From Eledone cirrhosa (Eukaryota): DNA of 64,000 nt. The notes under the pieces were generated by a model that saw only the letters and a list, made by a program, of their open reading frames with translations, was not told the origin of the DNA and did no database searches. Made by a program: the position numbers and the translations under genes. Positions 12,790 to 27,007 of this stretch are shown one piece after another. The DNA is taken from contig OZ024756.1 of NCBI GenBank assembly GCA_964016885.1, positions 34,162,001-34,226,000 on the forward strand. Reading direction: 5' to 3'. Positions within the stretch are counted from its first letter, which is position 1. Every line of letters starts with the position of its first letter.

Positions 12790-13190
12790 CACCCATGTTT
12801 CCAGCTCTGTCTGGAAATAGGGGTGGGGGGAACGCTGAGGATATTACGTTGCCGTGAGGGAGGGGGTGGCGATGGCTCCAAAGTTCTGGAAATAGGGGTG
12901 GGGAGCGCTGAGGGTATTACGTTGCCTTGAGGGAGCGGGTGGCTTCAAAAGTTCTGGAAATAGGAGTGGAGGAGTGCTGAGGGTATTACGTGGCCGTGAG
13001 GCGGGAGTGCCGGCTCCAAACGTTCTGGAAATAGGAATGGGGAGTGCTGAAGTTATTATGTGCCGTGATGGGAGGGGGGTGAGGGGTGGCTCCAAAAGTT
13101 CTGGAAATAGTGGTGGGGAGCGTTGAGGGTATTACGTGAGGGTGGTGGCCGTGAGAGTGGAGGTCGCGCAGTGGCTCCAAACGTTTCAGA
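12790..13190. repeat. ~55-60-bp GC-rich degenerate tandem repeat
   Basis: Repeating tctggaaataggggtggggagcgctgagggtattacgt. Confidence 0.85.
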
Positions 13191-13509
13191 ACTTCTCTGG
13201 TGTAGTAGAGGCCCTATCTACCATCGGTTCGAGGTGAGACGATAAGAGTAGGGTATTTTTGTTGTTGTTTTTTTTTTAAAGATTTAAAAAAAAAAAAAAA
13301 AAAAAGAGTGAGCGACGAGAATGTGCTAAAAATGAGAAAAGATGTGTTAGTAGAATGAGGGAAAGGCTAAACAAATACAATTAGAGATATAAAAAATAAA
13401 AATTGAGAGAGGGGGGGAAAAAAAAGAGGAAAAAAGGCCGAAGAGTTGTATCAACATTGGTTCACATTCCAGAAACTATCCTAAAACACATTCCAGACAT
13501 TTAAACTTC

Positions 13510-14965
13510 ACCACTAAATCACCAACATCACCACTACCACCACTAAATCACCATCACTACCACTAAACTACCAACACCAACACCACCACCACTAAACCAC
13601 CACTATTAAACGACCAACACCAACACCACCACCACCACCACCACCACCATTACCACCAAACTGCCAACACCACCACCACCACCACCACCACTACTACCAC
13701 CACTAAACTACCAACACCAACACCACCACCACTAAACCACCATCACCACCACTATTAAACGACCAACACCAACACCACCACCACCACTACCACCACTACC
13801 ACCAAACTGCCAACACCACCACCACCACCACCACCACTACCACCACTAAACCACCATCACCGACACCACTACCACTACCACCACTAAACTACCAACACCA
13901 CCACCACCACCACCAACACCGCCGTCGTCGCCGCCGCCGCTACCTCCACCGACACCACGACCACAGTCACCTCACCACCGCCATCATCGACACCATCACC
14001 GCTACCGACACAAACCACTACCACCGCCGCCACCACCACCGCCACCATCACCGCCACCACCACCGCCGCCACCATCACCGCTGTGTTACTACTGCTGTTG
14101 CTGCCATCTACAGGTCACTAACATTAACAGACCAATCGACAGACAGTTATCGTCAGTCATCAATCAACACCACGGACACCGACACCACCACCACCGACAC
14201 CACCTTTACAACCACTGCTACCACCGCTACCATCATTACCATTGACACTACCGCTACCACCAACACCACCACTACTACCAACACCATCACTACTACCAAC
14301 ACCACTACCACTAACACCACTACCACCATCAACAACACCACTACCACCAACACCACTACCACCAACACCACTACCACCATCAACAACACCACTACCACCA
14401 ACACCACTACCACCAACACCACTACCACCATCAACAACACCACTACCACCAACACCACTACCAACATCAACACCACTACCAACATCAACAACACCACTAC
14501 CACCACTACCACCAACACCATCAACAACACCACTACCACCAACATCACTACCACCACTACCACCATCAACAACACCACTACCACCAACACCACTACCACC
14601 AACACCAACAACACCAACACCACTTCCACCAACACCACTACCAACAACACCACTACCACCAACACCACTACCACCAACACCAACACCACTTCCACCAACA
14701 CCACTACCACCAACACCACTACCACCAACACCACTACCACCAACACCACTACCACCAACACCACTACCACCAACACCACTACCACCAACACCAACACCAC
14801 TACCACTTACACCATCAACAACACCACTACCAACAACACCACTACCAACAACACCACTACCAACAACACCACTACCACCAACACCACTACCACCACCACC
14901 ACCAACAACAACAATACCAACACCACCACTACCACCCACACCACCACTACTACCACCAACACCAC
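13510..14965. repeat. Long (ACC/ACT/AAC)n low-complexity array
   Basis: Direct reading; accounts for the Pro/Thr- and Gly/Val-rich ORFs. Confidence 0.9.
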
Positions 14966-15314
14966 GGATGGTAAAGTAGGTCACCAAGAGGAGGACTAGA
15001 GTCTAGACCGTTGTAGAGTTGTTTAGCTGTGGTAGAGAGGGGGGGAGATAACCACGAGGAGAAGGAAGAGGAGTGTCAGAACGATAACAATTAAGGACTG
15101 CACTAACTATACACACATTATATACACATATTATACACACATTATACACACACATTATGCATACATATTAAGAATGAAAGATCGAAGTTTTAGTTTAGCA
15201 TATTATTCTATTAGTAATCACACGTAACACGTGTTTCGGAAATGACCAACCTGGAGCCCTAACCGACTACAATCAGCTTAATATTACTATATATATATAT
15301 ATATATACATACTT

Positions 15315-15350
<36 letters not shown>

Positions 15351-15352
<2 letters not shown>

Positions 15353-15541
15353 CGAAGGAAATGTGGTAAGGAACCAGGTGGACCATAACGCACCAAAGTA
15401 CTCAATAGTTAGGGTAGTAGAGTGGGTAATAGGAACGAGTAGGACCCCGACGGCTGAGCTCAAGCCGTTTCGATGGCTAATTCTGGACTCAGAAATAGCC
15501 GTCGAAACGGCTTGAGCTCAGCCGTCGGGGTCCTACTCGTT

Positions 15542-15545
<4 letters not shown>
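15351..15545. mobile_element. Family A PLE-like insertion (tailed copy on minus strand plus tail-less inverted copy), between (TA)n tracts
   Basis: ataggaacgagtaggaccccgacggctgagctcaagccgtttcga is inverted against tcgaaacggcttgagctcagccgtcggggtcctactcgttcctat. Confidence 0.82.
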
Positions 15546-15575
<30 letters not shown>

Positions 15576-16226
15576 AAATGGTTCAGGACCCCGACGACAG
15601 AGCTCAACCCGTTTCGACGGCTATTTCTGGACTGGTCCATCTGGTTCCTTTACCCGCGTTGGTGGATAACGGAACGAAATGTCTGTTGAGAAAAGGATAT
15701 CCTGGTTCCACCTTAGAATACATTACTGGCTTCCATATTGCGCAACTTGGAGTGTAGCTTTCGAATTCCCAGAAACCAATCGAAGATATTTATATAATAT
15801 CTATCAATCAGGTTTAGGTTCGCCTTTAACCTGTTTGTATTTTCGTTGTTATAGTGGAATGTGGCAACATCTCTCCGGTCTCAGATTTCACAGTCACACT
15901 CCTAACGTGTTGCTATTACTCTGAACTATAATTTATCGATTTATCAATATCACCTCATTGGGTGCTTCGTGCCAGCATCAGAAGATTGATTTCGAGACTG
16001 CTAATCGCAGCTGCAACTTCATTTTACCCACTATTAATCGAAATGCAACTGGAGTCTTATTTTTTAAAAATATATATATATTTATTTGGTTCCTTTACCG
16101 GTTTCGTAGTTCTTCTGCTTTTCAAAAGTAGAGTTGAGATGGAGGGTCTGTGGTTTTTCTCACAAATAAATATATATATTTTTTTTTTAAATAAGACTCC
16201 AGTTGCATTTTCGATTTCATCTTTTT

Positions 16227-16302
<76 letters not shown>

Positions 16303-16899
16303 TTTTTGCCGTGTCACAAAAATAGTCTAAAATTTCTAAGCTGAATTTTTCGCAAGAAATCAACCGAGTGAAAAATTGGCCAAAGTTGAAGAATATTGCC
16401 TGAAGAGTCGGAAATGGTTTTATTGTTATTTTTAATTACCAACTCACCACAACTACTGCCACTACCACCACCAATACCACTACTACTACCACCACCAACA
16501 CTGCCACTACCAACATCACCAACACCACCACTACCACTACCACCATCACCACTACTAATACCACCAATACCAACACCAACACAAACACAAACACCACTAT
16601 CACTACCACCCACCAGTACCACTACCACCACCACAAACACCAACACCAACACCAACAACATCATGAATATCACCACCACACTTCCTTTTAAGGAAACAAG
16701 AAATTCTAGTCTTAGCAAAAATTTAAAAAAAGGACAGTGTAACCAAACTTATTGAAACCTGTTGCGATTTAATTTAAAACCCCTACACATACACAGAGAC
16801 ATACACATACTCACACACACATACACACTCGCACACACACACATACAGACACACACACATACACACATGCATACACAGGTAAAGTTAACTCAAACCGTA

Positions 16900-17290
16900 T
16901 GGTTTCCGGTTTTAGGCACAAGGCCAGCAATTTGGGGAGAGGGGAAAGTCGATTAAATCGACCCCAGTGCATTACTGGTGCTTTATTTTATCGACCCTAT
17001 AAGGATGAAAGGCAAAGCTAACCTCGGTGGGATTCGAACTCAGATAACACTATGCTGCAAAGCATGGCATGGCGTCCGACTCTCTACCGATACTGCCAAT
17101 CCAAATTAATAATAGTTTCTACTTTTGGCACAAGGCCAGCAATTTAACCAGTGCATTACTGGTGCTTTATTTTATCGAGCCTGTAAGGATGAAAATCAAA
17201 TTTAACCTCGGCGGGATTCGAACTCAGATCATAAAGGTCCATAACTCTGTTAAGAAGGCGTCCGATCCTCTACCGATACAGCCAATTCAC
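16900..17290 (-). mobile_element. Two tandem main-family SINEs
   Basis: Two copies of ggcacaaggccagcaa...aggatgaaa...aacctcgg...gattcgaactcaga...ccgatac. Confidence 0.88.
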
Positions 17291-17454
17291 CGGCCTTATC
17301 CAAATTAATGATAAAAAGCCGTAAAACATCCAAATGAACTCGGCCATGTTTGATAATACTAACCAATCTATCACATATAGTTAACACATTGGTTTATTTT
17401 AAATATGTCTTACACTGAAGGTTTTGTAAGTAGTAATTTCAGTTTATTTTTGTT

Positions 17455-17955
17455 ACATACACGCATGTATATATACATATATACACACACATACATACGT
17501 ACATCCATACATACATACGTACATAAATAAATTAATACATACATACATACATACATACATACATACATACATACATACATACATACATACATACGTACAT
17601 ACTGTACGTACATAAACAAATTAATACATACATACATATATACTTACATATATACATACATACACATATACAGTCATGAATGTATGCATATATACATACA
17701 CACATGCATATATACATACGCATACATACATACATACATACATACATACATACATACATACATACATACATACACACATACGTACATAATACTTATATAC
17801 ATACTTGCATACATACACATACACGCATACATACGTACATAAATAAATACATACATATATACACACACATATACATACATGCATGCATATACACATATAC
17901 ATACACTCATGAAAACACAAACACTCACATACATATATAAACACATACATACACA
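17455..17955. repeat. (CATA)n compound microsatellite
   Basis: Direct reading. Confidence 0.9.
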
Positions 17956-18186
17956 AAATCATTCACAGACGTCAAAGATTCCCTTGTACATATTTATACA
18001 ATAAGGTTTTTGTAAAGAAAGTTTAAGCTTTGGTGAACGGCTAAGAAAAAAAACTGTACAGTCTACGTATGTATTTGTATTTACATGCCAACACAAGAGT
18101 AAGAATGAGGGGCTCATTCTACTGACATGGCTTTAAAAAAGAGGCTGTTTGCATAATTGCAAAGGAATCAAATATTATTATTAATG

Positions 18187-18372
18187 TGGATTGGCAGTAT
18201 CGGTAGAGGGTCTGACGCCATGCTTTGCACATAGAGTTACGGCCCTTTATAGTCAGAGTTCAAATCCCACCGAGGTTAACTTTGCCTTTCATCCTTACGG
18301 GGTCGATAAAATAAAGTACCAGTAATACACTGGGATAATTACTGGCCTTGTGTCAAAAGTAGAAACAATTAT
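18187..18372 (+). mobile_element. Main-family tRNA SINE, full length
   Basis: tggattggcagtatcggtag...gagttcaaatccc...gcctttcatccttacggggtcgataaa...agtagaaacaattatt. Confidence 0.92.
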
Positions 18373-18396
18373 TAATATTCGAAAAACTCAGATTAC

Positions 18397-18458
<62 letters not shown>

Positions 18459-18460
<2 letters not shown>

Positions 18461-18651
18461 CGAAGGAAATGTGGTAAGGAACCAGGTGGACCATAACGCA
18501 CCAAAGTACTCAATACTTAGGGTAGTAGAGTGGGTAATAGGAACAAGTAAGACCCCGACGGCTGAGCTCAAGCCGTTTCGACGGCTAATTCTGGACCAGA
18601 ATTAGCCGTCGAAACGGCTTGAGCTCAGCCGTCGGGGTCTTACTTGTTCCT
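18459..18651. mobile_element. Family A PLE-like insertion
   Basis: Nearly identical to 15351-15545; flanked by (TA)n on both sides. Confidence 0.82.
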
Positions 18652-18906
18652 ATATATATATATATATATATATAAGAGAGTATTGAAGTTTGCTTGAAGC
18701 ATTGTGGAATAATAGGTAAATATCTTTAAGTCGTTTGGAAGCCTCGACAATGCAAATGGGTAAATCTCCGGGTAACAAGATCCGGTGGTGGAGAGAGAGA
18801 TGTAAGTGGGTGTACGTTGAGATGCGTGGTGTGTATAAGATGTGTAGAAGAATGAAGGAAAGAGTATAAAGGATAAAATTAAAATAACAGCACGAGAGAG
18901 AGTTAC

Positions 18907-19150
18907 CTTGGGAGAGATTTAATTGTCCCTATATATTTCGGATTCACATCCATCAACTGGGGTTTTTTTCCGGGGTGGGGGAAAGGTTGTCTGTCGGAAA
19001 GGTGCGAAACGCGTCCTCCGCTGTTTGTTGTTTTGAATATCTGAGGTATTCAGCAGAGCGCGCGTGCGCGTGAAATGGGGTCGGTCGGGCAGAGGTCAGC
19101 GGCCGAATGAGGGAGTGGGGTGGCGCTAGCTGTCAGTCCATTCTCTGCCT
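18907..19150 (-). promoter_or_regulatory. Candidate CpG-rich promoter or first non-coding exon
   Basis: CpG-rich non-repetitive island (gcgcgcgtgcgcgtg); minus-strand donor AAG/GTAACT at 18907. Confidence 0.3.
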
Positions 19151-19185
19151 GTTAGTTATATATATATATATATGTGTGTGTATAT

Positions 19186-19905
19186 ATGAATGGATGGATG
19201 TGATGTCTTTGAGAAAAAGCGAGTGGAGCATGCTGTTTTGAAGCGTTCACTTCGTAAGCGGGACTCAAGTGCAATGCCTGCAAAATTTCAGCAAGATTTG
19301 AGGTGCAATGTATGTGGCCGATTTCTTCTAACACGAGCTGGTTATGTTAACCATCTGAAATCACACGAGCCAGGGAGAAATCGAGCCAACTGTCAGATGG
19401 TTCTACTGCAAAATCGAGCCAACTGTCAGGTGGTTCTACTGCAAAATCGAGCCAACTGTCAGATGGTTCTACTGCAAAATCGAGCCAACTGTCAGGTGGT
19501 TCTACTGCAAAATCGAGCCAACTGTCAGGTGGTTCTACTGCAAAATCGAGCCAACTGTCAGGTGGTTCTACTGCAAAATCGAGCCAACTGTCAGGTGGTT
19601 CTACTGCAAAATCGAGCCAACTGTCAGGTGGTTCTACTGCAAAACACTCCACGGCATATTTGCAGTGAGTGTAGCTTAATTTTCAAATGAGCGGTTGGTC
19701 TGACCAGAGATGGTAAAATGCATGAAGACACACACACCCCAGCCGGTTTTAGCAGGAGATAGACAGTTCAAGTGTCACATCTGTGAAACGTATCTGCAAA
19801 ACAAAAAGCGGGTCTGAAGAAAAAAGTCACCTGCATGTACATGACCGTCTAATGTTCAATGAAGGGATGGCACTCTTCTGACAAGAAGTAGCAATCAACA
19901 TATAT
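19186..19905 (+). mobile_element. RTE-clade LINE 3' end with C-terminal C2H2 zinc fingers (pseudogenised)
   Basis: GCDVFEKKRVEHAVLKRSLRK then CNVCGRFLLTRAGYVNHLKSH; second and third fingers are disrupted (CSEC..stop..H; FKCHIC..frameshift..HLHVH). Confidence 0.72.
19379..19643. repeat. 33-bp tandem repeat, 8 copies (NRANCQ[M/V]VLLQ in frame)
   Basis: Unit aatcgagccaactgtcaggtggttctactgcaa. Confidence 0.95.
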
Positions 19906-19907
19906 GA

Positions 19908-20172
19908 AATAAAATACCAGTCACATACTAGGGTTGATGTAATCGAAACCCCCCCCACACACACACACACACACACAGACACCTTAAAATTGTTGATCTT
20001 GTGTCAAAATCAGAAATCAATAATTATAAAAGAATTCACAAATCCCGCAGAGGCTAACTTTGCCTTTCATCCTTACGGGGTCAATGAAATAAAGTAATAC
20101 ACTGAGGTCCATCTAATCGACCCTTTTCTCTCTTAAAATTGTTGGTCTTGTGCCTAAATCAAAAATCATTAA
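19908..20172 (+). mobile_element. Two 5'-truncated main-family SINE copies
   Basis: aaataccag...gatgtaatcga...gtcttgtg; aactttgcctttcatccttacggggtc. Confidence 0.75.
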
Positions 20173-20224
20173 TTATACAAAAAAAATGTCATTCTGAAAC
20201 AATAAAATTATTTAACAGTAAAAT

Positions 20225-20712
20225 ACACACGCACACACACTAACACACACACACACACACGCGACACACACGCACACACACTAACACACACACACACACA
20301 CACGACACACACGCACACACACGACACACACACACACGACACACAACACACACAACAACACACACACACACGACACACGCAACACGACACACACAACACA
20401 CTAACACACACGTCACACACACACAACACGACACACACAACACGACACACACAACACGACATACACACACAACACACACACACACACACACAACACGACA
20501 CACACACAACACACACACACAACACGACATACACACACAACACACACGACACACGCAACACGACACACAACACACACTAACACACACACACACACACACA
20601 CAACACGACATACACACACAACACACACAACACACACACACACGTCACACACAACACGACATACACACACAACACACACAACAACACACACACAACAACA
20701 CACACACACATA
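20225..20712. repeat. (CA/CAA/CGA)n compound microsatellite
   Basis: Direct reading. Confidence 0.9.
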
Positions 20713-20867
20713 CATCTGTTGCAAAGAATATTTTTATTGCGCGAAATTTCCCCCTAAAAATATCTAAAATATTTTGTCACTAATTATTAGATAAGCTTTC
20801 TAGGTTGATTGACATCAATACTACTAATTAGGATATTGTCTAATTATTACGTAGTTATGTCATAATT

Positions 20868-21270
20868 GTTTCCACTATACACACAAGGCCGACAATTTTG
20901 GGGGAGAGGGGGGGAGTCGATGAAATAGACACCAGTGCATTACTGGTACTTTATTTTATCGACCCCCGTCAGGATGAAAGGCAAAGCTACCTGGCGGGAT
21001 TTGAACTCAGAATGTAAAGGGACTTAACTATATGCCACAAAGCATGGTGTCCGACGTTCTACCGATTCTGCCAATCCACCGCATAATAATAATAATTTAT
21101 GATTTAGGCACAAGGCCAGCAATTTGAAGGCGAGGGGGGGAAAGTCGATTAAATCGACCCCAGTGCATTACTGATATTTTATTTTATCGACCCTGTAAGG
21201 ATGAAAGGCAAAGATAACCTCGGCGGGATTTGAACTCAGAACGTAAAGGGTCGTAACTCTATGTCACAAA
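20868..21270 (-). mobile_element. Two tandem main-family SINEs
   Basis: Two copies of cagtgcattactg...ttttatcgaccc...aggatgaaaggcaaag...gggatttgaactcaga. Confidence 0.88.
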
Positions 21271-21734
21271 ACATCCCCGACGCTCATAACTTTATACTGT
21301 AAAACCCGAGTTACATAATGAGCTACACTTTTGATTATTTGTGACATAGCTAATGAAGGGGAAGAAGAGAGAAATCTACCCCTCGAGACGATGAGAAGCA
21401 AAGTTAACCTCGGCGAGATCTCTAACCTCGGCGAGATCTCTAAATTCGGAATCAAGAGAACCGAAACGAAGATTGTAAAGCATTCTATCCGACATTCTTA
21501 ACAACTCAATCACTCGGCAGCCTTTTATAAACGACCTAATTTTATTTAAACGTTAAGCTTGTATGTGTAAGTAATGTAATACATATATTTTCCCGTCGTT
21601 GTCTACAATACAATGACAAACGTACACACGAGTGTGTGCGTGCGCCTCTCTGTGTGTATGTGTGTGTGTGAGCGCGCCTGTGTAAGTGTGTATGTGTGAA
21701 TGTGGTGACACAGCAAGTTCAGCGGCAATATCGG

Positions 21735-21889
<155 letters not shown>

Positions 21890-22026
21890 GTCACCAACAT
21901 TTCTATACACATATTTATTAGAAAGCTGTTGAAGTGTGTGTATACATTTTTGGGGTCACTCTGTGTATACTCTTTTACTCTTTTACCTGTTTCAGCAATC
22001 CGGCTGAGGCCATGCTGGGGCGCCGC

Positions 22027-22071
<45 letters not shown>

Positions 22072-23493
22072 GAGAGTAACGTTAGTGATAGTAATGAGAG
22101 TTACTTCCCTTAGTCATCATCCTCTCGTTAAACAAAGAAATGTAAGAGAGCAATATAAAAAAAAAATAGTCGATTATAATTCAACAGACAGCACGGTAAT
22201 AAGTATTAATATTAATCCGCTTGATACCGACATTGTTTCTACGATCCACCAGATGTGCAGAGCCAGCCTGTGACATGTCTAAAACGACATCGGTTAGTTA
22301 ACATGGGAAGTTTTCAGTGTCTAGGTTTCGCAATCATACAGCGCCGTCCACCTAACAAGGGTCTTCAGAACCTTCAAAGAACAGCCACATGACATTTCTC
22401 GGGTTTCTCTCCGAGGTCCCCCCCCCCCCCCTGCGGACCCCCCCCCCCCCCCCCCCCCCACCCCACCCTGATAATGGATGGAAAATCCGAAAATATTCGG
22501 GATCATTAAAAATTGATAAGATAACTTTCTATCGTCCTTGATAGAGATGAGAATATTTAAGTTCTCTGTGTCCTTTTTATTCCTCAACATACTTTCTTAG
22601 TACCTTGGCATTTATATCTAACACACATTATCGAGCTTCCAAACTTATTTCCTAGTCGTATTTCAGTGTTTATTATTTATCTAAAATCTTTCCGTCACAA
22701 TTCTAACTATGATCGGACCTGAGGAAGGGATGAGCTCTGCCAGGCTTAAAATGTCCAAGAAACGCCGTATGCCACTGTGACGCCCTTACGACTCCACTGG
22801 GAATTACGGAACAAAGAAGAAGAAGAAGAAGAAGAAGAAACAAGTACTAAACGCCCCCCTCCCTCCCGACATACCCCCATTCCCAATCCGTTTACTCATG
22901 TTTCTACAAAATATATGACACTAGTTCACGTAATGACTTATGACGGGTGCCTATTTCAACAACACTATCGTACAAGACAACAATGGATGTGCGAACATAG
23001 CCGGAGATTTCACATAGAAACACAACAGCCGTAGTTTAGTTAAAACTTTTATTTCATCATTGCCGCTTTCGATATATCTTTGAAGACCGTTAACAACCAC
23101 AGAACCATTGCCTTGCCAGCTCCACTCAGTTAAGATTAAGAAGGTCGCTACGCGGCCAAGTCTAAAGTCTTGTCTCTAGTCTGGAAGATCATCAAGCCGG
23201 TGCTTACCGCGGCGTTAAGCGACTGTGAGTACAAGACACCACCTCTAGACACCCAACCCACCCCCACGTCCGCCTGGACACGGCGCCAGTCCATCGCAGG
23301 ATTAAACATACTTTTGTCGCGTGACATAGCGGTTCGACTAAGAGATCGATAAAATATGTCCTATGCTTGAAAGAAAAAAAGAAAAAGAAAGAGAAAAAGA
23401 TTGATAAGATCGATTAAAAGACTTTCACAGAGTGGCCTCAATCTAATGACAGAAACCAGTTAAAGAATAAAACAATCAAATACAGAATATACT

Positions 23494-23613
<120 letters not shown>

Positions 23614-23620
23614 CATAGGC

Positions 23621-23825
23621 CAGGCATGTGAAACTGAGGGTCCCTCGAGGACCACATGGCTCACATGTGTTATCTGAGGGCCACACACACAACAACTAAT
23701 TGCGCACATTACAACTAATTTTACCAAGATAAAACATGCTCGCGTTGTGGAAACCTTTGTGCGGGCCGCAGGTGAGCTTGTAAAGGGCCGCATGTGGCCC
23801 GCGGGTCGCATGTTTGACATGCCTG
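23621..23825 (-). mobile_element. hAT MITE (205 bp) with 8-bp TSD CCATAGGC
   Basis: TIR caggcatgtgaaac / gtttgacatgcctg; ccataggc at 23613-23620 and 23826-23833. Confidence 0.88.
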
Positions 23826-24074
23826 CCATAGGCCACCTTTAGTCACGAATAACCATGGGTTTTGTACGAAGAAAATTCCTCTGCGAGGCACAAGCCCAAG
23901 CAAGGTGTTTTTTATCAGTCTGTAGTCACCCATGCATGTCATTCTCTTCTCTTTCCATGACAACAATGTTGTCCAAGGCATTAGATAAGGCCGATGTTGT
24001 TCAAGGAAGGGCAAGGCAAAAGCTGATGTTATACAGCTGGGAACCAGAGTCTTCGTAACTCCTTTTTTTATCAC

Positions 24075-24297
24075 TGGATTGGCTGACTCGGTAGAGCGTC
24101 GGACAACATGCTTAGCGGCACAGAGTTACAGTTCTTTATGTTGTGAGTTCAAAATCCTGCCGGGGTTAACTTTGCCTTTCATCCATCCTTACAGGGTCGC
24201 TAAAACAAAGCACCAGTAACGTACTGGGGTCGATATAATCGACTTTCCCCTCCCCAAAAATTGATGGCCTTGTACCTATATAAGAAACCATTATTAT
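24075..24297 (+). mobile_element. Main-family tRNA SINE
   Basis: A/B boxes and gcctttcatcc...gtcgatataatcgact body. Confidence 0.85.
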
Positions 24298-24339
24298 TAC
24301 AGTGAATGGGCCTACTCTGAGTATATATCTGTAAATTAA

Positions 24340-24595
24340 AGGTGGAAAACTGGGAGAGAGCACTTGCCTTGGTGGTCAGGGTCACTGTGGCCTTTTACTG
24401 GGCTTTCTCCACAAATGTCCCTCCGAAGTCTCCCCCCTATTGGGGAATTTTTCATTGTTATTTTTTTGTTACATCCTCTGTTTTTGTTTTTTACACGCAG
24501 AAATGCCCATTTGTACCGTACTGTATTGTCCTGCACTGTCCTTAATGTCTACTTTATGTAAACCCTTGTGGTTAATAAAGAAATCATTATTATTA
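24340..24595 (+). mobile_element. Probable L1/Tx1-like LINE 3' UTR
   Basis: Ends gtaaacccttgtggttaataaagaaatcattattatta (polyA signal plus tail); resembles octopod LINE 3' ends from memory. Confidence 0.4.
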
Positions 24596-24857
24596 CAGTT
24601 GAGGGAACGAGCAACAAAAAATAAAAATTTCTTCCTCAAGGACACAAATCGAGGACGCACGGCTTGGGCATCGACCTCACCCCCTCTCGAGTCTTAGCGC
24701 AACGCTCAAACCATTATATTTTAGATAACACTGTACAACAAAGCAGTTATTTTTCTACAATAACAAGGCTGCACTGAAAGGAGATGGAAGGGAAGAAGGG
24801 GTGTGACTACTAAAATAACAGTAACGGAGTTATTTGGACTGACAGATCAATTCTCAC

Positions 24858-24938
<81 letters not shown>

Positions 24939-25149
24939 TATATATATATATGCATATATGCATATATATATATATATGTGTGTGTGTGTGTATGTATATA
25001 TATGTGTGTATGTATGTATAGTGTGTACTAAACTAAAATTAAACTACAATCACAATTGTATTAGTTAATCTACAACCAACAGACAAACCCTTCTTAAGTA
25101 ACCTCGTGTTTATCATCGCACACTTTCAACAGAACACACCCACTAGTCA

Positions 25150-25617
25150 TATATATATTTATATATGTGTGAGTGTGTGCGTACACACACACATATATAT
25201 ACGCATGTATATATATATACATATATATATATATACATATATATATACATATATACATATACATATGTACATATACATATGTATATACATATATACATAT
25301 ACATATATATATACATATATATATATATACATATATACATATATATATATATACATATATACATATATACATATACATACATATATACATATATTATATA
25401 CATATATATATACATATATACATATATATATACATATATACATATATATATACATATATATATACATATATACATATATATATACATATATACATATATA
25501 TATACATATATACATATATACATATATATATACATATATACATATTTATACATGTACATATATATATATATACATATATACATATATATATACATATATA
25601 CATATTTATACATGTAC

Positions 25618-25664
<47 letters not shown>

Positions 25665-25923
25665 CATATATATACATATACATATATATATATACATATA
25701 CATATACATATATATATACATATATATACATATATACATATATATACATATATATATATACATATATATATATACATATACATATACATATATATATAAA
25801 CATATACATATACATATATATATAAACATATATACATATATATATACATATACATAAACATATATACATATATATATACATATACATAAACATATATACA
25901 TATATATATACATATACATATAT

Positions 25924-25965
<42 letters not shown>

Positions 25966-26207
25966 ATATATACATATATATATACATATATATATACATA
26001 TATATATACATATATATATACATATATATATACATATACATATACATATATACATATACATATACATATATATATACATATACATATATATACACATATA
26101 CATATATATACATATTTATATACATATATATACATATATACATATACATATATATATACATATACATATATATACATATTTATATATATATATATACATA
26201 TATATAC

Positions 26208-26240
<33 letters not shown>

Positions 26241-26333
26241 CATATATATACATATATATATATATATACATATATATACATATATATATATACATATATA
26301 TACATATATATATATATATATACATATATATAC

Positions 26334-26364
<31 letters not shown>

Positions 26365-26512
26365 CATATATATACATATATATATATATACATATATATA
26401 ATATATATATATATATATACATATATATACGTATATATACATACATATACATACATATATATACATATATATACATACATATATATACATATATATACAT
26501 ACATATATATAC

Positions 26513-26563
<51 letters not shown>

Positions 26564-26606
26564 CATATATATACATACATACATATATACATATATACAT
26601 ACATAC
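25150..26606. repeat. ~1.45-kb (CATATA/TA)n compound microsatellite
   Basis: Direct reading. Confidence 0.95.
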
Positions 26607-26886
26607 ATGGTGGCTACCAACTCGTTTTCGAGTACGGCCACTACTTTATATCCATGTAGGAGAACTCCTACCGATGCGCTGAACGAGTGTGACTTTTTAG
26701 TCCAGCCAGCGACTTGAAAACTCCGGTACAAACACTACACTTGTGACAATTATTGACACATAGTGCTGGGCCCATGGTACCATGTGACGACAAGTGCAGA
26801 GAGATCTCCAGATATAAAGCAATGCCTGTGCCGTGAAGCTTTTATAGTGAGCAAAGGCACTGCACAAAACCAGTCCCACTCTCTTA
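26607..26886 (-). mobile_element. 5'-truncated copy of the RTE-derived non-autonomous element
   Basis: Near-identical reverse complement of 49320-49598. Confidence 0.8.
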
Positions 26887-26975
26887 TATATATATATACA
26901 TATATATATACATATATATACATACATATATACATATATATATATATACATATATATACATACATATATATACAC

Positions 26976-27007
<32 letters not shown>

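Noticed and set aside
14153-14987. Pro/Thr-rich (extensin/mucin-like) or Gly-rich ORFs
   Set aside because: Open in several frames on both strands because of (ACC)n repeats; no non-repetitive domain or signal peptide
18187-18275. tRNA genes suggested by A/B boxes (many sites)
   Set aside because: All continue into the SINE body and lack a proper cloverleaf; they are SINE heads
19190-19690. Host C2H2 zinc-finger gene
   Set aside because: Lacks TGEKP linkers, is preceded by an RTE C-terminal motif, and the later fingers are disrupted
22715-22780. ctgagga...gaaac...gta HHR-like spacing
   Set aside because: No convincing stem I or stem II pairing
25106-26731. Long YI/HI/CI ORFs up to 485 aa (also 50313-51499, 46388-47231 and 8723-9541)
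   Set aside because: Translations of TA/CA microsatellites
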